This document shows, piece after piece, positions 14,010 through 26,966 of a DNA stretch of 64,000 nt. The stretch is from Hypanus sabinus (taxonomy: Eukaryota): positions 42,966,001-43,030,000 of the forward strand of contig NC_082721.1 of NCBI RefSeq assembly GCF_030144855.1, in the 5' to 3' direction. How positions within the stretch are numbered: the stretch's first letter is position 1; each line of letters starts with the position of its first letter. Made by a program: the position numbers and the translations under genes. The notes beneath the pieces are model-generated. The model worked only from the letters and a program-made list of their open reading frames with translations, had not been told where the DNA came from and did not search any database.

Positions 14010-14658
14010 GAGGAATGGCTGGAAGGCAGTGGGCAGTGAGTGGGAATAAAGGGGGCCTTTTCTGGTTGGCTGCCAGTGACTAGTGGTGTTCCCCATGGGT
14101 CAGTATTCGGACCATTACTTTTCATATTGTTTGTCAATTATTTCGGTAATGGAAATGATTACTTTGTGGCAGATGATATGAAGATATGTGGAGGGGTAAG
14201 CATTGTTGAGGAAGCAATGTGATTGTAGCAGGACTTAGGCAAATTGGAAGAATGGGCAAAAATAGTGGCAGATAGAACGCTGTGCAGGGAAAAGTATGAT
14301 AATACATTTTGGTAAAAAGAATAATAGTGCAGACAATTATCTAAATGGGGAGAAAATTCAAATATTAGAGGTGCAAAGAGACTTAAGTGTCCTTGTGGAA
14401 GACTCCCAGAAGGTTAATTCACAGGCTGAGTATGTGGTAAAGAAGGTAAATACAATGTTGACATTTATTTCACGGGAAATAGAATATAAAAGCAAGGAGG
14501 TAATGCTGAAGATCTATCAGACTCTATTCAGGCCGCACTTGAAGTATTATCAACAGTTTTGGGCCCCTTATCTCAAAAAGGATGTATTGTCATTGGAGAG
14601 AGTCCAGAGGAATTTCACAAGAATGATTCTGGAAATGAAGGGGTTAACACACGAGGAG
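14010..14658 (+). mobile_element. CR1 RT fragment, cut at its 3' side by the L1 below
   Basis: WLPVTSGVPHGSVFGPLLF...VADD and QFWAPYLKKDVLSLERVQRNFTRMI; ends at ...GLTHEE. Confidence 0.8.
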
Positions 14659-17422
14659 CCCATACAGAAGCATATGGCAGAGAAAGGCAACATTCTCCGG
14701 TCGTCAAAGGAGTAAGCAGACATTCATGCTAAAAAAATTTAGTACGGTCTTCAACGAAATAGACAACATTCAGGTTAGCTTACGCAAGAATGAGAAAGAT
14801 ACTAGCTCCTGTCTCGCGGAGGTGATGAAGATACGGAAGAAGTTAAACGACTTGGAGGACAGATCCAGGAGAAACAATGTGCGGCTGGTTAGCTTACCGA
14901 CAGGCGCTGAGGGCGACGATCCGAGAGGCTACCTCCAGGAGATGCTGCCTAATTGGATTGCAGCGCTCAAGAACCCCCACCGCACTCCATTGGAGATCGA
15001 TAGAGCACAAGGGATCTTTTTGAACAACACCTCAAGACCGCGGACCATGATCTTCAGGCTTCTATGGTACACCGACCGGCAGGCTATCCTGGAGGGCCGA
15101 ACCTACTCTCCCTGATGCCACCCAGCTGCAGTTCTTCGCCGACTACAGCCCTGGTACGATGCAGGAACGGCAGGGATACAAGGAGATCCGCGCTAAGCTT
15201 CGACAGACGGGGATCGACTCGTTCCTCATATACCCGGCGATTTTGAGAGAGAATATCAAGAGCATGAAGATGTCGTTTAACTCAACAGAGGAAGCGAAAG
15301 AAGCCCTGAAATCATCGGTGCTGGGAGATGTGGAAGAAGACCCTGGGCAAATCCACACGCCCCTCAGGAGGAGATGGAACTGCATTAAGACCTTGGACCA
15401 GCCTGTATGCACAATCTCACAGGCGGGGACAACTTAGCGTCTTAGGTGTGAAGTTTTCTGGTTATTCTTTTACTGTAAAGTCATTCGATGCACTTTTGTA
15501 TTTAGCTAATTAAGAGGCCAGTTTTTTTTTCCTGAGTACTGCAGGTCAGAGTTTTAAGGCAATGGCTCAGTTAACTAGTTAGTACACGTATAACATGGTA
15601 AGGTGATTCAAGTCCGCCTAGAATATACTTTTTATCTTTCACTTTCTAAGATGATATTCAACACACCCAAATGTCATACTTCATCAAGAATGAAGCTAAC
15701 AAAGAGCAGTTTGTTCTGAATAACTGTAGTTGTACATGTTCATTTCGGCTTATGTCTCCGGTAGACTTGTTTACGTTCTTGGGCGCCAGGTAAGACGTCA
15801 CTGGCGTCATCGCTAAGCGGCGGTTTATTAAAGCAACAGTCTCCCGCAAGAGCGTTGTTGGGGTCCTGATTATATGTTATACTATATTTGAGACGGGAAT
15901 GGTTTTAATTATATAGATTATATAGGTTAACGTGTTTGACCAGTTTTTTTCTTGTCTCTTTGATATGAGAACCGCTTGGCCTTTCTAATTTGTTGGTGCT
16001 AGAGGTTAATGCTCAGTGTTTGACATTGCTAAGTGACATTCACAGATGTTACAAAGTTAAGGGTTGAATGGGAGGGGTGATAGGAAGGGGGGTGGGAATG
16101 GGGTAACTCAGGGCTCCACCACCAACTTACAACAACGGGTCCAGGGGAAGATGAGCAACACAGATAAATTAGAAATCTTTACTATTGTATCATTTAATGT
16201 TAGAGGATTAAACTCTCCCGACAAGCGTTCAAAGGTTTTAGATTTCTTACGCAGAAAGAAAATAGATAACGCACTTTACAGGAAACATATCTTAAACCTA
16301 ATGACATTCCCAGGGTTCAAAACCGCTTTTATAAACTGTTGTGGCATCAGCTGATGGTACCCGGTTCGAAAGGAGTTATGATATTAATCACACGCAGTGT
16401 TAATGTATCAATCGAAAGGACTGGCTCCGACATGAAGGACGTCTAGCTTTTTGCACTATATGCCCCAACTATATTCGAGGCTGAATTTTTCCCCTCAATT
16501 ACCTCACAATTACTGAAGTTAAGTGACTACCAACTATATGTTGGTTCGGACATGAACGCTTTGGTAAACAATAACCTCGATAAATCTTCCTCAACTATAT
16601 CAAGCTCTCAAGAATCTGCTTCTAAAGCACTTAAACTCTTTCAAACAGATTTAAATTTAACTGATGTGTGGAGGGGGCATAACCCATCTGCTAAAGACTA
16701 TACCTTCTTCTCCACAAGACATAAAAACTTGCTCTCGGATAGATTATATTCTTATATCCTCTGGTTTGCTGCCCTTGGTACACTCAATGGAATTTTTGCC
16801 CAGACATCTATCTGATCACAACCCACTTATATCTACTTTTAATTACGGCAAAATCAAAAATAAGGCTATCAGGTGGTTTAACTCCACCCTTCTTAAAAAC
16901 GACGTATTTCTAACACAACTGAGAACAAAACTGACGGAATTTATAAATTTAAATAAAAATATTGTCTTGGATGTAACAGTGATTTGGGCCTCCATCAAAG
17001 TTTTTTTTTACGAAATAACCCCACATGCTTCAGTTCCTACCTACATAGAAGCTGGCTTCAAAGGAGTTTGACCCCAGAAGAACAGTGGTCTCTTTGGAGA
17101 ATGATCTCAAAAGGAGATACACCATACAAAAGAAACCGAGCTCAAAACAAAACAAGCAGAATTAAATGATTTATTAAGAAGCTGGGCGGAATATCTGATC
17201 CATACAACCAAGCATAAGGATTCTGCAGAAGGCAGCAGACCGAACAACAGGAAGCTAAAAGGTCTATACCAGCGATTAGATGTGCTAAACTTGGAGCAGT
17301 ATCTTCAATAGAGGAAATAAATGAGACATTCAAGAATTACTTTACAGAACTGTATATAAGTGGCACAGTTCCTTCTAAGAATGACTTTACTGATTTTTTT
17401 TAGTGAATTAGACCTCCCCACG

Positions 17423-17770
17423 TGTCATGGTCCCTTCTGATAATCCCCCACCTTGCTATTTACCTCAGGAATTGGGACTCAATCCCCTCGTTTAGTTTCC
17501 AATCATGCCCATGTTCCACTATCGACACACACTTGTTTTCCATTAGAAAATGCAGGTTAAAGACCCTGTGATCACAACAAGCAGCTGCCAGTTCGTTGGT
17601 TGACTCCGGCGTGAGTAACCTCGTTTCATGTTTCTTACGACTGCCAGTTCTAAGTCTATCATGGCTCCTGGATACCGATTCCACGCTCGCTACGTCAATA
17701 ACGCCTCCCGACTCTGCCTCCGCGTCCGTGTTCTGCACTTGGGTTCGTCCACCGCCAGCCTTGTGTAACA
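17423..17770 (+). repeat. 5' LTR (348 bp)
   Basis: TGTCATGG...TGTAACA; homologous to 19835-20180. Confidence 0.92.
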
Positions 17771-19834
17771 AAACCAACTGACCAGAATGAATCCAGCGGA
17801 CACGGATCCCGTGCCACAGGCCCTCGCCAGTCAGGGCTACCTACTGGACGCTCACGACCAACTGCTTAGGGAGGTCACGGAATTACCAACAACAGTCTCT
17901 GTCCCTCTCTGCTTTGGTGGATTCCGGTGCCGAGGGCAATCTGCTGGACGAAGACATAGTCTCCCAGGCTGGAATACCTCGCAAGCTGCTAACTACCCCC
18001 CTGGAGGCCCGGGCTCTGGACGGAAAACTGCTGGCTCGGGTGACCCACTGTATGCCGCCCCTGACCTTGTTGCTATCCGGCAACCATCGGGAGGAGGTAC
18101 GATTCAGTCTCATTCGTTCACCTCAAGCCCCGGTAGTTCTAGAGTATCCATGGCTGACCCAACACAATCACCACATCGACTGGTCTACTGGGAAGATATC
18201 AAGTGGAGCGCCACGTTAACTGTCTGTGGTCAGCCCCATCTGCCAGGGAAGCTACCGCGACTCCGCCTGTCCCGGAAGCCTTCGAAGACAGGTGGAAGAC
18301 GACCTTTAATACACCTCTGGGCCACTTCGAATTTGGTCATGCCGTTTGGCCTCACCAATGCTCCCTCCGTTTTTCAAGCCCTCAGTAATGACGTACTGAG
18401 GGACTTTATTAATCGGCTCGTATTCGTTCACCTCGATGATACGCTGATATTTTCTGGCACCCCCCAAGAACACGTTCACCATGTCCGTCAAGTCCTCCAG
18501 AGACTGTGGGAAAACCAATTATTTGTGAAGGCGGAGAAATGCAAGTTCCACGTTTCTTCGGTCAGCTTCCTGGGTTATATCATCGAGACAGGCAGGTGAG
18601 AGCAGACCCCGAGAAAATCCGGGCAGTGGAAAAATGGCCTAGGCCCACGACCCGCAAACAACTTAAACGATTCTTGGGGTTTGCAAACTTCTACCGCCGA
18701 TTTATCAGAGACTACAGTCGAGTGGCGGCTCCCCTTACCTGGTTTACCTCGCCTACTACCCCCACGGTTGGGACTCCGAAGCTGACTCGGCGTTCACCGA
18801 CCTGAAGAGGCGTTTCACCACCGCTCCAATCCTGGTCCATCCGGACCCATCCCGTCAATTCATTGTCGAGGTGGACGCCTCTGACTCAGGGATAGGAGCA
18901 GTGCTGTCACAACGACAAGTTCGGACGAAAAGCTTCACCCCTGCGCCTTCTTTTGTCGCCAACTGTTCCCCGCCGAGCGGAATTACGACGTGGAGAATCG
19001 GGAACTCCTGGCTGACCGCACTGGAGGCACTGGCTGGAGAGGGCAGAACAACCGTTTTTTGGTATGGATCATAAAAATCTGGAATATATTCAGACTGTCA
19101 AATGTTTGAACTCCCGCCAGGCCCGTTGGGCGTTTTTTTTTGGGCGGTTCAAGTTTTCCCCTCACATACCGTCCAGGGTCCAAGAAAGGGAAGCCGGACG
19201 CGCTCTCCCACCAATACGACTCCAAGGAGGACACTTCCTGCCCAGGGACTATCCTCCCACCATCCTGCGTGGTTGCCACCCTCACTTGGGAGATCGAGTC
19301 CAAAGTAAAAGAAGCCCAACGGGATGACCCCTAACCCGGCAATGGACCCGGCGATCGCCTGTATGTGCCCGTTTCCGTCAGGTCTCAGGTTCTCTAATGG
19401 GTCGCCTGCCACCCCGGGAGTGATCGGACCCTAGCTCTCCTGAAAAGACACTTTTGGTGGCCGTCCATGGAGGCGGATATCCGTTCCCATGTCTCAGCAT
19501 GTTCCATCTGTGCCCGGGGAAAAGCCTCCTCGGCCACCTGCGGGTTTACGTCGTCCTCTACCCATCCCTGGTCGCACATCGCCCTAGACTTCATCACCGG
19601 TCTATTCGCTTCACATGGGAACACCACCGTACTCACCGTGGTAGACCGGTTTTCCAAGGCAGTGCACTTCATAGCCCTCCCTAAACTCCCGTCCTCTCAA
19701 GAAACCTGGGACCCTGGGCGTTCCTGGGTCCTCCGCTCCTTCATCCTAGACCCTTCTCTCATCCAGGATTTTCATCGGGAGCATCCAGACAGGCATGGAG
19801 GATCGCCTGGAGGCTCCCGTTGAGGAATGGGTAC

Positions 19835-20180
19835 TGTCGTGGTCCCTTCTGGCAATCCCCCACCTTGCTATTTACCTCAGGAATAGGGCCTCAATCCCCT
19901 CGTTTAGTTTCCAATCATTCCCAGGTTCCTCTAACCACACATACCCACTTTCCATCAGAAAATGCAGGATAAAGACTGTGATCACAACAAGGAGCTGCCG
20001 GTTCGTTGGTTGATTCTGGTGTGAGTAGCCTCGTTCCATAGTTCTTAGGACTGCCAGTTCGAAGTCTAGCATCGCTCCTGGATACCGATTCCACGCTCGC
20101 TACGTCAATAACGCCTCCCGACTCTGCATTCGTGCCCGTGTTCTGCACTTCGGTACGTCCACCGCCACGCTCATGTAACA
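19835..20180 (+). repeat. 3' LTR (346 bp)
   Basis: TGTCGTGG...TGTAACA, preceded by a purine-rich PPT-like gaggaatgggtac. Confidence 0.92.
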
Positions 20181-22134
20181 ACACGTTGTCATTACAGGGC
20201 ACCAAAACTCAATATTCTCCCATTACACTGGATGAACTACACAAAGCAGTCAAAGCTACAAATAAGGGCGTATGCCAGGTATAGATGGCATACCTGTAGA
20301 ACTTTAACTAGCACTTTGGGAAATTCTTGGACCAGTATGGTTAGAAACATTAAATTATGCTAATAGAAATGGCGCTTTCTATAGAGATCTAAACACAACC
20401 CTGATCACAGTTATACCTAAGCCCGGTAAGGACCCTTTGGAGTGTGCCAATCACCGTCCAATCTCCTTGATAAATGCCGACCTCGAGATTTTTTCCAAAG
20501 TCTTAGCTCTCGAGACAGTAGTTGGGAAAATAATTAGCCCAGATCAAACGGGCTTTATCAGGAGAAGTCTCGCATCAGATAATATTCGCCGGTTCTTACA
20601 CATTCTGAGTGCAACACATAAAATCCCGCCTGCCTGCGACCTGCTATTTCTAGATGCTGAAAAAGCGCTCGAACGCCTTGGACGGCCATATCTTTGGAGA
20701 GTTCTAAAATAATTTAATTTTGGTGATAAATTTATCAATATGATTCATACACTGTATTCTAATCCTTCAGCCCGGGTATGTGTGGGAGGAGGTTTCTCAG
20801 AGTTATTTGACATGGGACGGGGCACACGACAAGGGGACCCTTTGTCTCCTTTAAATTTTACTATACCTATTGAACCGCTTGCACATTTAATTAGAAACTC
20901 TCCTCAGATCTCCCCTCTTACAATAGGTACAACATAACATTCGATATCACTTTACGCGGACGACACATTAGTTTATACGGCAAATGTTCAACACACTCTC
21001 CCCTATGTTTTAAAAGCACTGACGCAATTTGGATTTCTTTCAGGACACAAAGTTAATCTGTCAAAATTAGCAATGATGCTGATTAATACAGATAAAAGTA
21101 AGGTACCTCTCCCTCCCCAGAATAATTTTATAAATGAGGTCCTCTACTTGGGCATTAAAGTTAATATTTCCCTATCGTCTCTGGCTAAAACAAATTGCTC
21201 TTTAATTTTGAAAAAAATAGAAGACATAAATAGATGGAGACACCTGCCAGCATCAGTTCCAGCCTGTATATCGGTCATTAAAATGAACATTTTACCCCAC
21301 ATTAATTTTATCAGCTCAATGATTCCACTTGTGCCTCCAGCAGGATATTGGCAAAAACTGGACTCCTTACTATGATGCTATGTTTGGAACGGTAAACAAC
21401 CCAATATAAAGTGGTCAGCTCTACAATTCAAAAAGTCAGATGGAGGATTGGCATGTCCAAATTTTAAACTGTATCACTGGGCATTTGTATTAAAAAGTCT
21501 TAGCTATTGGATAGAGGAGAATAAAGTTTCGTCATGGAAAAATATAGGACAAGAGCTAATAGAACCAATAAGGTTGAAGGACTTTCTCCTTATAAGTATA
21601 TCGACCAAAAAATGTGATTTGTATTACGGTCCAATTTTAACCATTGTGCTACAAGTGTTTAGAGCAGCAGAAAAATTCCTAAAATTTAAAAGCGTATGGT
21701 GCAAATCATCTCCATTATGGAACAATAATCATTTTCTGTCTGGGGGAAACCATTCACTAACAGAACTTGGGAGGATGAAGGTATTGCTACTCTTCAAGAT
21801 ATTAATGGGGAAAGTACAATCCTTAGCTTTCAAGAACTGGTATCTTGATATAATATTGATAAACACTCTCTTCTTCTACTTTAGAGTAAGATCAGCTTGT
21901 AAAGCCTACGGGTTTCCCTGGGGGTCAGATTTAAAGAACCATCCCTTTTTAAGTTCGATACAGAGTTGTCCAAGACAGATAGTGTCAAATATCTATGATA
22001 AATTAAACACCCAGAAATATATGCCCAAATTAGGAATGAAAGCCTGGGATAGGGACATATCTGAATTGGTACAAGACTTAGACTGGGATGCAATTTGGGA
22101 TAATGCTGCAGGTGCTTCGAAGAACCCAAATCAT

Positions 22135-25100
22135 AGAATCATAGAACCGTAGAACATTAGGGCACAGGAACAGGTCTTTTGGCCATTCTTGGCTGTACCG
22201 CACCATTTTTCTGCCTAGTACCACTGGCCTGCACCTGGACCATATCCCTCCATACACCTCTCATCCATGTACCTGTCCAAGCTTTTCTTAAATGTTAAAA
22301 GTGAGCCCACATTTACCACTTCATCTTGTAGTTCATTCCCACTCCCACCACTCTCTGTGTGAAGAAGCCCCCCACCGTAACGTCCCCTTTAAACATTTCC
22401 CCCTCACCCTTAATCCATGTCCTCTGTTTTTTTAATCCCCTCGCCTCAGTGGAAAAAAGCCTGCTTGCATACACTCTATCTATACCCATCATAATTTTAT
22501 ATACCTCTAGCAAATCTCCCCTCATTTATCTATGCTCCAGGGAATAAAGTCTTAACCTATTCAACCTGCCTCTGTAACTAAGTTTCTCAAGTCCCGTCAA
22601 CATCCTTGTAAGCCTTCTCTTCACTCTTACAACCTTATTAATATCCTTCCTGTAATTTGGTGACCAAAACTGCACACAATACTCCAAATTTGGCCTCACC
22701 AATGGCTTATACAACCTAACCATGACATCCCAATTCTTATACTCAATACTTTGATTTATAAAAGGCCAATGTACCAAAAGCTCTCTTTACGACCCTATCT
22801 ATCTGTGATGCCACTTTTAGGGAATTATGTATCTGTATTCCCAGATCCTTCTGTTCTACTGCACTCCTCAGTGTCCTAACATTTACCTTGTATATTCTAC
22901 CTTGTTTTTTCCTTCAAAAGTACAATACCTCACACTTGTCCGTACTAAACTCCATCTGCCATTTTTCAGCCCATTTTTCCACCTGGTCCAAATCCCTCTG
23001 CAAGCTTTGAAAACCTTCCTCACTGTTCACTACACCTCTAATCTTTGTATCATCAGCAAACTTGCTGATCCAATTTACCACATTATCATCCAGATCACTG
23101 ATATAGGTGACATATAACAATGGACCCAGCACTGATCCCCATGGCACACCACTAGTCACAGGCCTCCACTCAGAGAAGCAATCCTCCACTACCACTCTCT
23201 GACTCCTCCCACTGAGCCAATGTCTAATCCAATTTACTACCTCACCATGTATACCTAACGACTGAATCATCCTAACTAACCTCCCATGTGGGACCTTATC
23301 AAAGGCCTTACTGAAATCCATGTAGACAACATCCACTGCCTTCCCTTCATCCACTTTACTGGTAACCTCCTCGGAAGACTCTAATAGATTTGTTAACCAT
23401 GACCTACCATGCATAAAGCAGTGTTGACACTACCTAATAAATCCCTGCCTATCTAAATACTTGGAGGTCCTGTCTCTTAGAACTCCTTCCAATAATTTAC
23501 CTACTACTGACGTCAGAAGCAGGTGAAAACCTGGCCAGCAGGAACCATCTCTGCTCTTCAAGACTGCTTTGAGCACACCGACAGGCACATGTTCAGGGAG
23601 GCTGCAACCGATGGCGACTCTACCAACTTAGAGGAGTACACAGCATCAGTGACCAGCTACATCAGCAAGTGCATTGATGATATTAGTCTTTCCAAGACCA
23701 TCACTATACACGCTAACCAGAAGCCACGGATAACCGCGGAGGTGCTTGCACTGCTGAGGACCTGCGACTCCGCCTTCAGAGTAGGTGACAAGGCAGCCCT
23801 ATCAACAGCAAGGGCCAAACTGTCCCGGGCCATCAGAGATGGCCTTATTTTCAGTGACTCCATGCTAGTAAATACAGACACAAAAAAACCATTTAAGATC
23901 TCCCCCATTTCTTTTGGTTCCATATCATAGCCAACCACTCTGATCTTCAAGAGGACCAATTTTATTCCTTACTATCCTTTTGCTCTTCATATACCTGTAG
24001 AAGCTCTTTGGATTATCTTTCACCTTGACTGCCAAAGCAACCTCATGTCTTCTTTTAGTCCTCTTGATTTCTTCCTTAAGTTTTTTTTTGCACTTTTTAT
24101 ACTCCTCAAGTACCTTATTTGTTCCCTGTTTCCTATACATGTCATACATCTCTCTCTTCTTCTTTATCAGAGTTCCAATATCCCTTGAAAACCAAGGTTC
24201 CTTAGTCTTATTCACTTTACCTTTAATACTCACAGGAATACACAAACTCTGCACTCTCAAAGTTTCTCCTTTGATGGCCTCCCACTTACCAATGACATCC
24301 TTGTCAGAGAACAACCTGTCCCAATCCACACTTTTTAGATCCTTTCTTATTTCTTCAAATTTGGCCTTTTTCCAGATTAGAACCTCAACCCGAGGACCAG
24401 ATCTATCTTTATCCATGATCAAGTTGAAACTAATGGTGTTATGATCACTGGAACCACACTTCCCCTACACACACTTCTGTCACCTGTCCTAACTCGTTTC
24501 CTAATAGGAGATCTAATATTGCATCCTCTCTAGTCGGTACCTCTATATATTAATGTAGATAACTTTCCTGAACACATTTTACAAACTCTAACCCGTCTAG
24601 ACCTTTAACAGTATGGGAGTCCCAATCAATATGTGGAAAATTAAAATCCCCTACTATCACAACTTTATGTTTCCTGCATTTGTCTGCTATCTTTCTGCAG
24701 ATTTGCTCCACCAATTCTCACTGACTATTGGGTGGTCTATAATAAAACCCCATTAATATGTTCATACTTTTCCTGTTTCTCAGCTCCACCCATATGGGCT
24801 CGGTAGACAAGCCCTCTTATCTGTCCTGCCTGAGCACTGCTGTAACATTTTCCCTGACTAGCAATGCCACCACCCCCACCCTTCATCCCTCTGCCTCTAT
24901 CACGTCTGAAACATCGGAACCCTGGAACATTATGCTGCCAGTCCTGCCCCTCCTGTAGCCACGTTCCACCAATGGCTACAAAGTCAGAATTCCACGTGTC
25001 AATCCACGCCCTCAGTTCGTCAGCCTTCCCCACAATACTCCTCGCATTGAAATGGACACACCTCAGAAGATTAATACCACCACACACAACCCTTCTATTT

Positions 25101-25805
25101 GTGACTTTGCATGAACCTTTAACATTATTTATTTTCACCCCCCCCCCTCCACTATTTGCTCTGGCACTCTGGTTCCCATCCCCCTGCAAATATAGTTTAA
25201 CTCCCCCCCATAGCACTAACAAACCTCCCTGCAATGATATTGGTCCCCCTGTAGTTCAGGTGTAACCCGTCTCTTTTGTACAGGTCCCACCTGCCCCAGA
25301 AGAGTTCCCAATGATCCTGAATTCTGAAACCCTGCCCTGTACATCAGTTCCTCAGCCACGTGTTCATCCTCCAGAGCATCCAATTCTTACCCTCACTGGC
25401 ATGTGGCACAGGTAGCAATCCTGAGATTACCACCCTCGAGGTCCTGCTTTTTAACTTCATACAAGCTCTCTATACCCACTCTTCAGGACTTCCTCACTCT
25501 TTCTTCCTACATCATTGGTACCGATGTGTACCATGACATCTGGCTGCTCACCCTCCCACTTCAGAATGCTGTGCACGCAATCAGAGACATCCCTGACCCT
25601 GGCACCCGGGAGGCAACAGACCATCCGGGAGTCACTGACGCGACCACAGAATCTCCTGTCTGTACCTCTAACTATCGAGTACCCTATCACTACCGCTCTC
25701 CTCTTCATCCACCCTCCATTCTGCACTGCAGAACCAGAGTCAGTGCTAAATAGCCGGCTGCCGCATTTTGTCCCAGGTACGTCATTCCCGCACCCCCAAC
25801 AGTAT
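22135..25805 (-). mobile_element. CR1 LINE inserted in L1 family A ORF2, 5'-truncated within ORF1
   Basis: ORF1 esterase (VHIGTNDVGRKS), endonuclease, RT (22914-23414) and tail (agaatcatagaacc on +). Flanked by CCAAATCAT at 22126-22134 and 25806-25814. Confidence 0.9.
23517..23845 (+). mobile_element. Rex1/Babar-like LINE ORF2 fragment embedded in the CR1
   Basis: [18 protein letters not shown]...[17 protein letters not shown]...[10 protein letters not shown] resembles the endonuclease-RT tether region of Rex1/Babar (recognised from memory). Confidence 0.7.
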
Positions 25806-26644
25806 CCAAATCATCGGTATATACACTTGAAATTTTGTCATGGAGCATATCTGACGCTGAGAATCGGACATCAAATGGGACTGGTTCCTGACCCCTATTG
25901 CTCATTTTGCCCCCACGGAACCGTTGGCTCTTTTATACATGTATGGGAACATCCAGTGGTTTTTGGTTTGTGGGGGAAGGTTATCACTACCCTTACAGAA
26001 CTAATGGGGGTACAATTACCAATGGACCGCGCTGTACATCTTTTAAATGATGACCCCCACCTTTCCCTTACCGAAAAAACACGCAAAATCTGGCTGGCTG
26101 GCCTGACTGCAGCTAAGAAGATTGTAGTTGGAAACCTCTTCATGATATTTCAATTACGCACTGGCTACGGAGATTTTTGGACATTTTTAACCTGGAATTA
26201 TCACCAGCAGGAGTAAATGATGCACGACCAAACACAATCTTAATGTGGACAAATTTGATATCTAACTTAAAAGATCCCCTGTTAAAATAGGAATGCTCTG
26301 TCTGTGTCTGCACTACTATTCAGTTGGTTGGTGGAGGGGAGAGGGGTGTGGGAGAGAGAGGGGTGGCGAGGGGGGTGGGGATGAGGTTTGGGGGATGGCT
26401 GGGTTAAACAGTCAAAATGTAATCGGCAACTGGTTGTATTGAATGTAATTTGTTGGTGTTGCAATAAAATTAGTTTCAAAAAATTGGACTCGGGTACAAG
26501 TATTCCAACATCACAGTGGAAACTACAGAGAGCAGAACAGAAGGGAAGTATAGGGGTGAGCGAGTAAGAATGGTAGAGGTGAAAGATATAAAGCGGTGAT
26601 CTCCTGTTAATCAGGGAACAAACAAGGCCGAAACCGCGCTCTGT

Positions 26645-26966
26645 TTAACAGCTGGATTGTGTGATTGTTGCGGATATTGTCGAGGCTGCTCCTTGTTGAA
26701 CTGAGCAGGAGTACCTCTTCCCACTGCTCCAGTCTGCGCCGGGCACCGTCAGGTAGCTGCTGAGACTGAAGGTTTTGTCCGCGTTCTGAGTCACCCCGCT
26801 GGTATGCACCTCACTGCTCGTCGGACTGCCGTTCACTGTCCAGCTGACGACAGGGAAGCCTATCGACAATTTACTGACCAGGCAAACTAAGGTCCCGATC
26901 CTCTAGCGGTGAGCTCCTCGGCTGACGGCCCAAGTAGCTTCACTGAAGGGTCTGGGAGCTGCTGAG
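26645..26966 (-). pseudogene. IgL: Ig light-chain constant exon, cluster 1 (probably sigma isotype), frameshifted
   Basis: Acceptor ttccag. Encodes QQLPDPSVKLLGPSAEELTARG, then a 1-nt deletion (322 nt vs 323 nt in the paralog) gives TAG at about 26887-26889. The downstream frame has the C1-set Ig motifs VCLV, VVSW and YSCSVQQG, ending C-stop. Confidence 0.93.

Larger units (their letters stand above)
17423..20180 (+). mobile_element. Sushi-like (chromovirus) Gypsy LTR retrotransposon with multiple internal deletions
   Basis: Two homologous LTRs with TGT...ACA ends (17423-17770 and 19835-20180). 5-bp TSD CCACG/ACACG (1 mismatch). Remnants of Gag start (MNPADTDP), protease (VDSGAEGN), RT ([13 protein letters not shown]), RNase H ([11 protein letters not shown]), integrase ([12 protein letters not shown]) and a chromodomain-like tail. 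Confidence 0.92.
14659..26483 (+). mobile_element. L1/Tx1-clade LINE (family A) split by nested Gypsy (17423-20180) and CR1 (22135-25805) insertions
   Basis: ORF1-like LEDRSRRNNVRLVSLP...LEIDRAQ (14726-15115); endonuclease SFNVRGLNSPDKR (about 16170); RT ECANHRPISLINAD, GTRQGDPLSP, ISLYADD (20437-20960); C-terminal HLKFCHGAYLT...CSFC (25815-26200); AATAAA plus A-tail at 26463-26483. The reading frame is continuous across both insertions (DLPT|LSL and KNPNH|RYIH). Confidence 0.88.

Noticed and set aside
17423-20180. Domesticated sushi-derived gene (PEG10/RTL1-like)
   Set aside because: It retains both LTRs and a TSD, and the ORFs are fragmented by deletions and frameshifts.
25515-26216. 233-aa ORF as a host gene
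   Set aside because: It is a chimera of antisense CR1 ORF1 and the L1 ORF2 C-terminus across the insertion junction.
26506-26522. CACAGTG in the cluster 1 3' UTR (and other isolated heptamers) as RSSs
   Set aside because: No nonamer at 12 or 23 spacing, and the paralog has CATAGTG; expected by chance.
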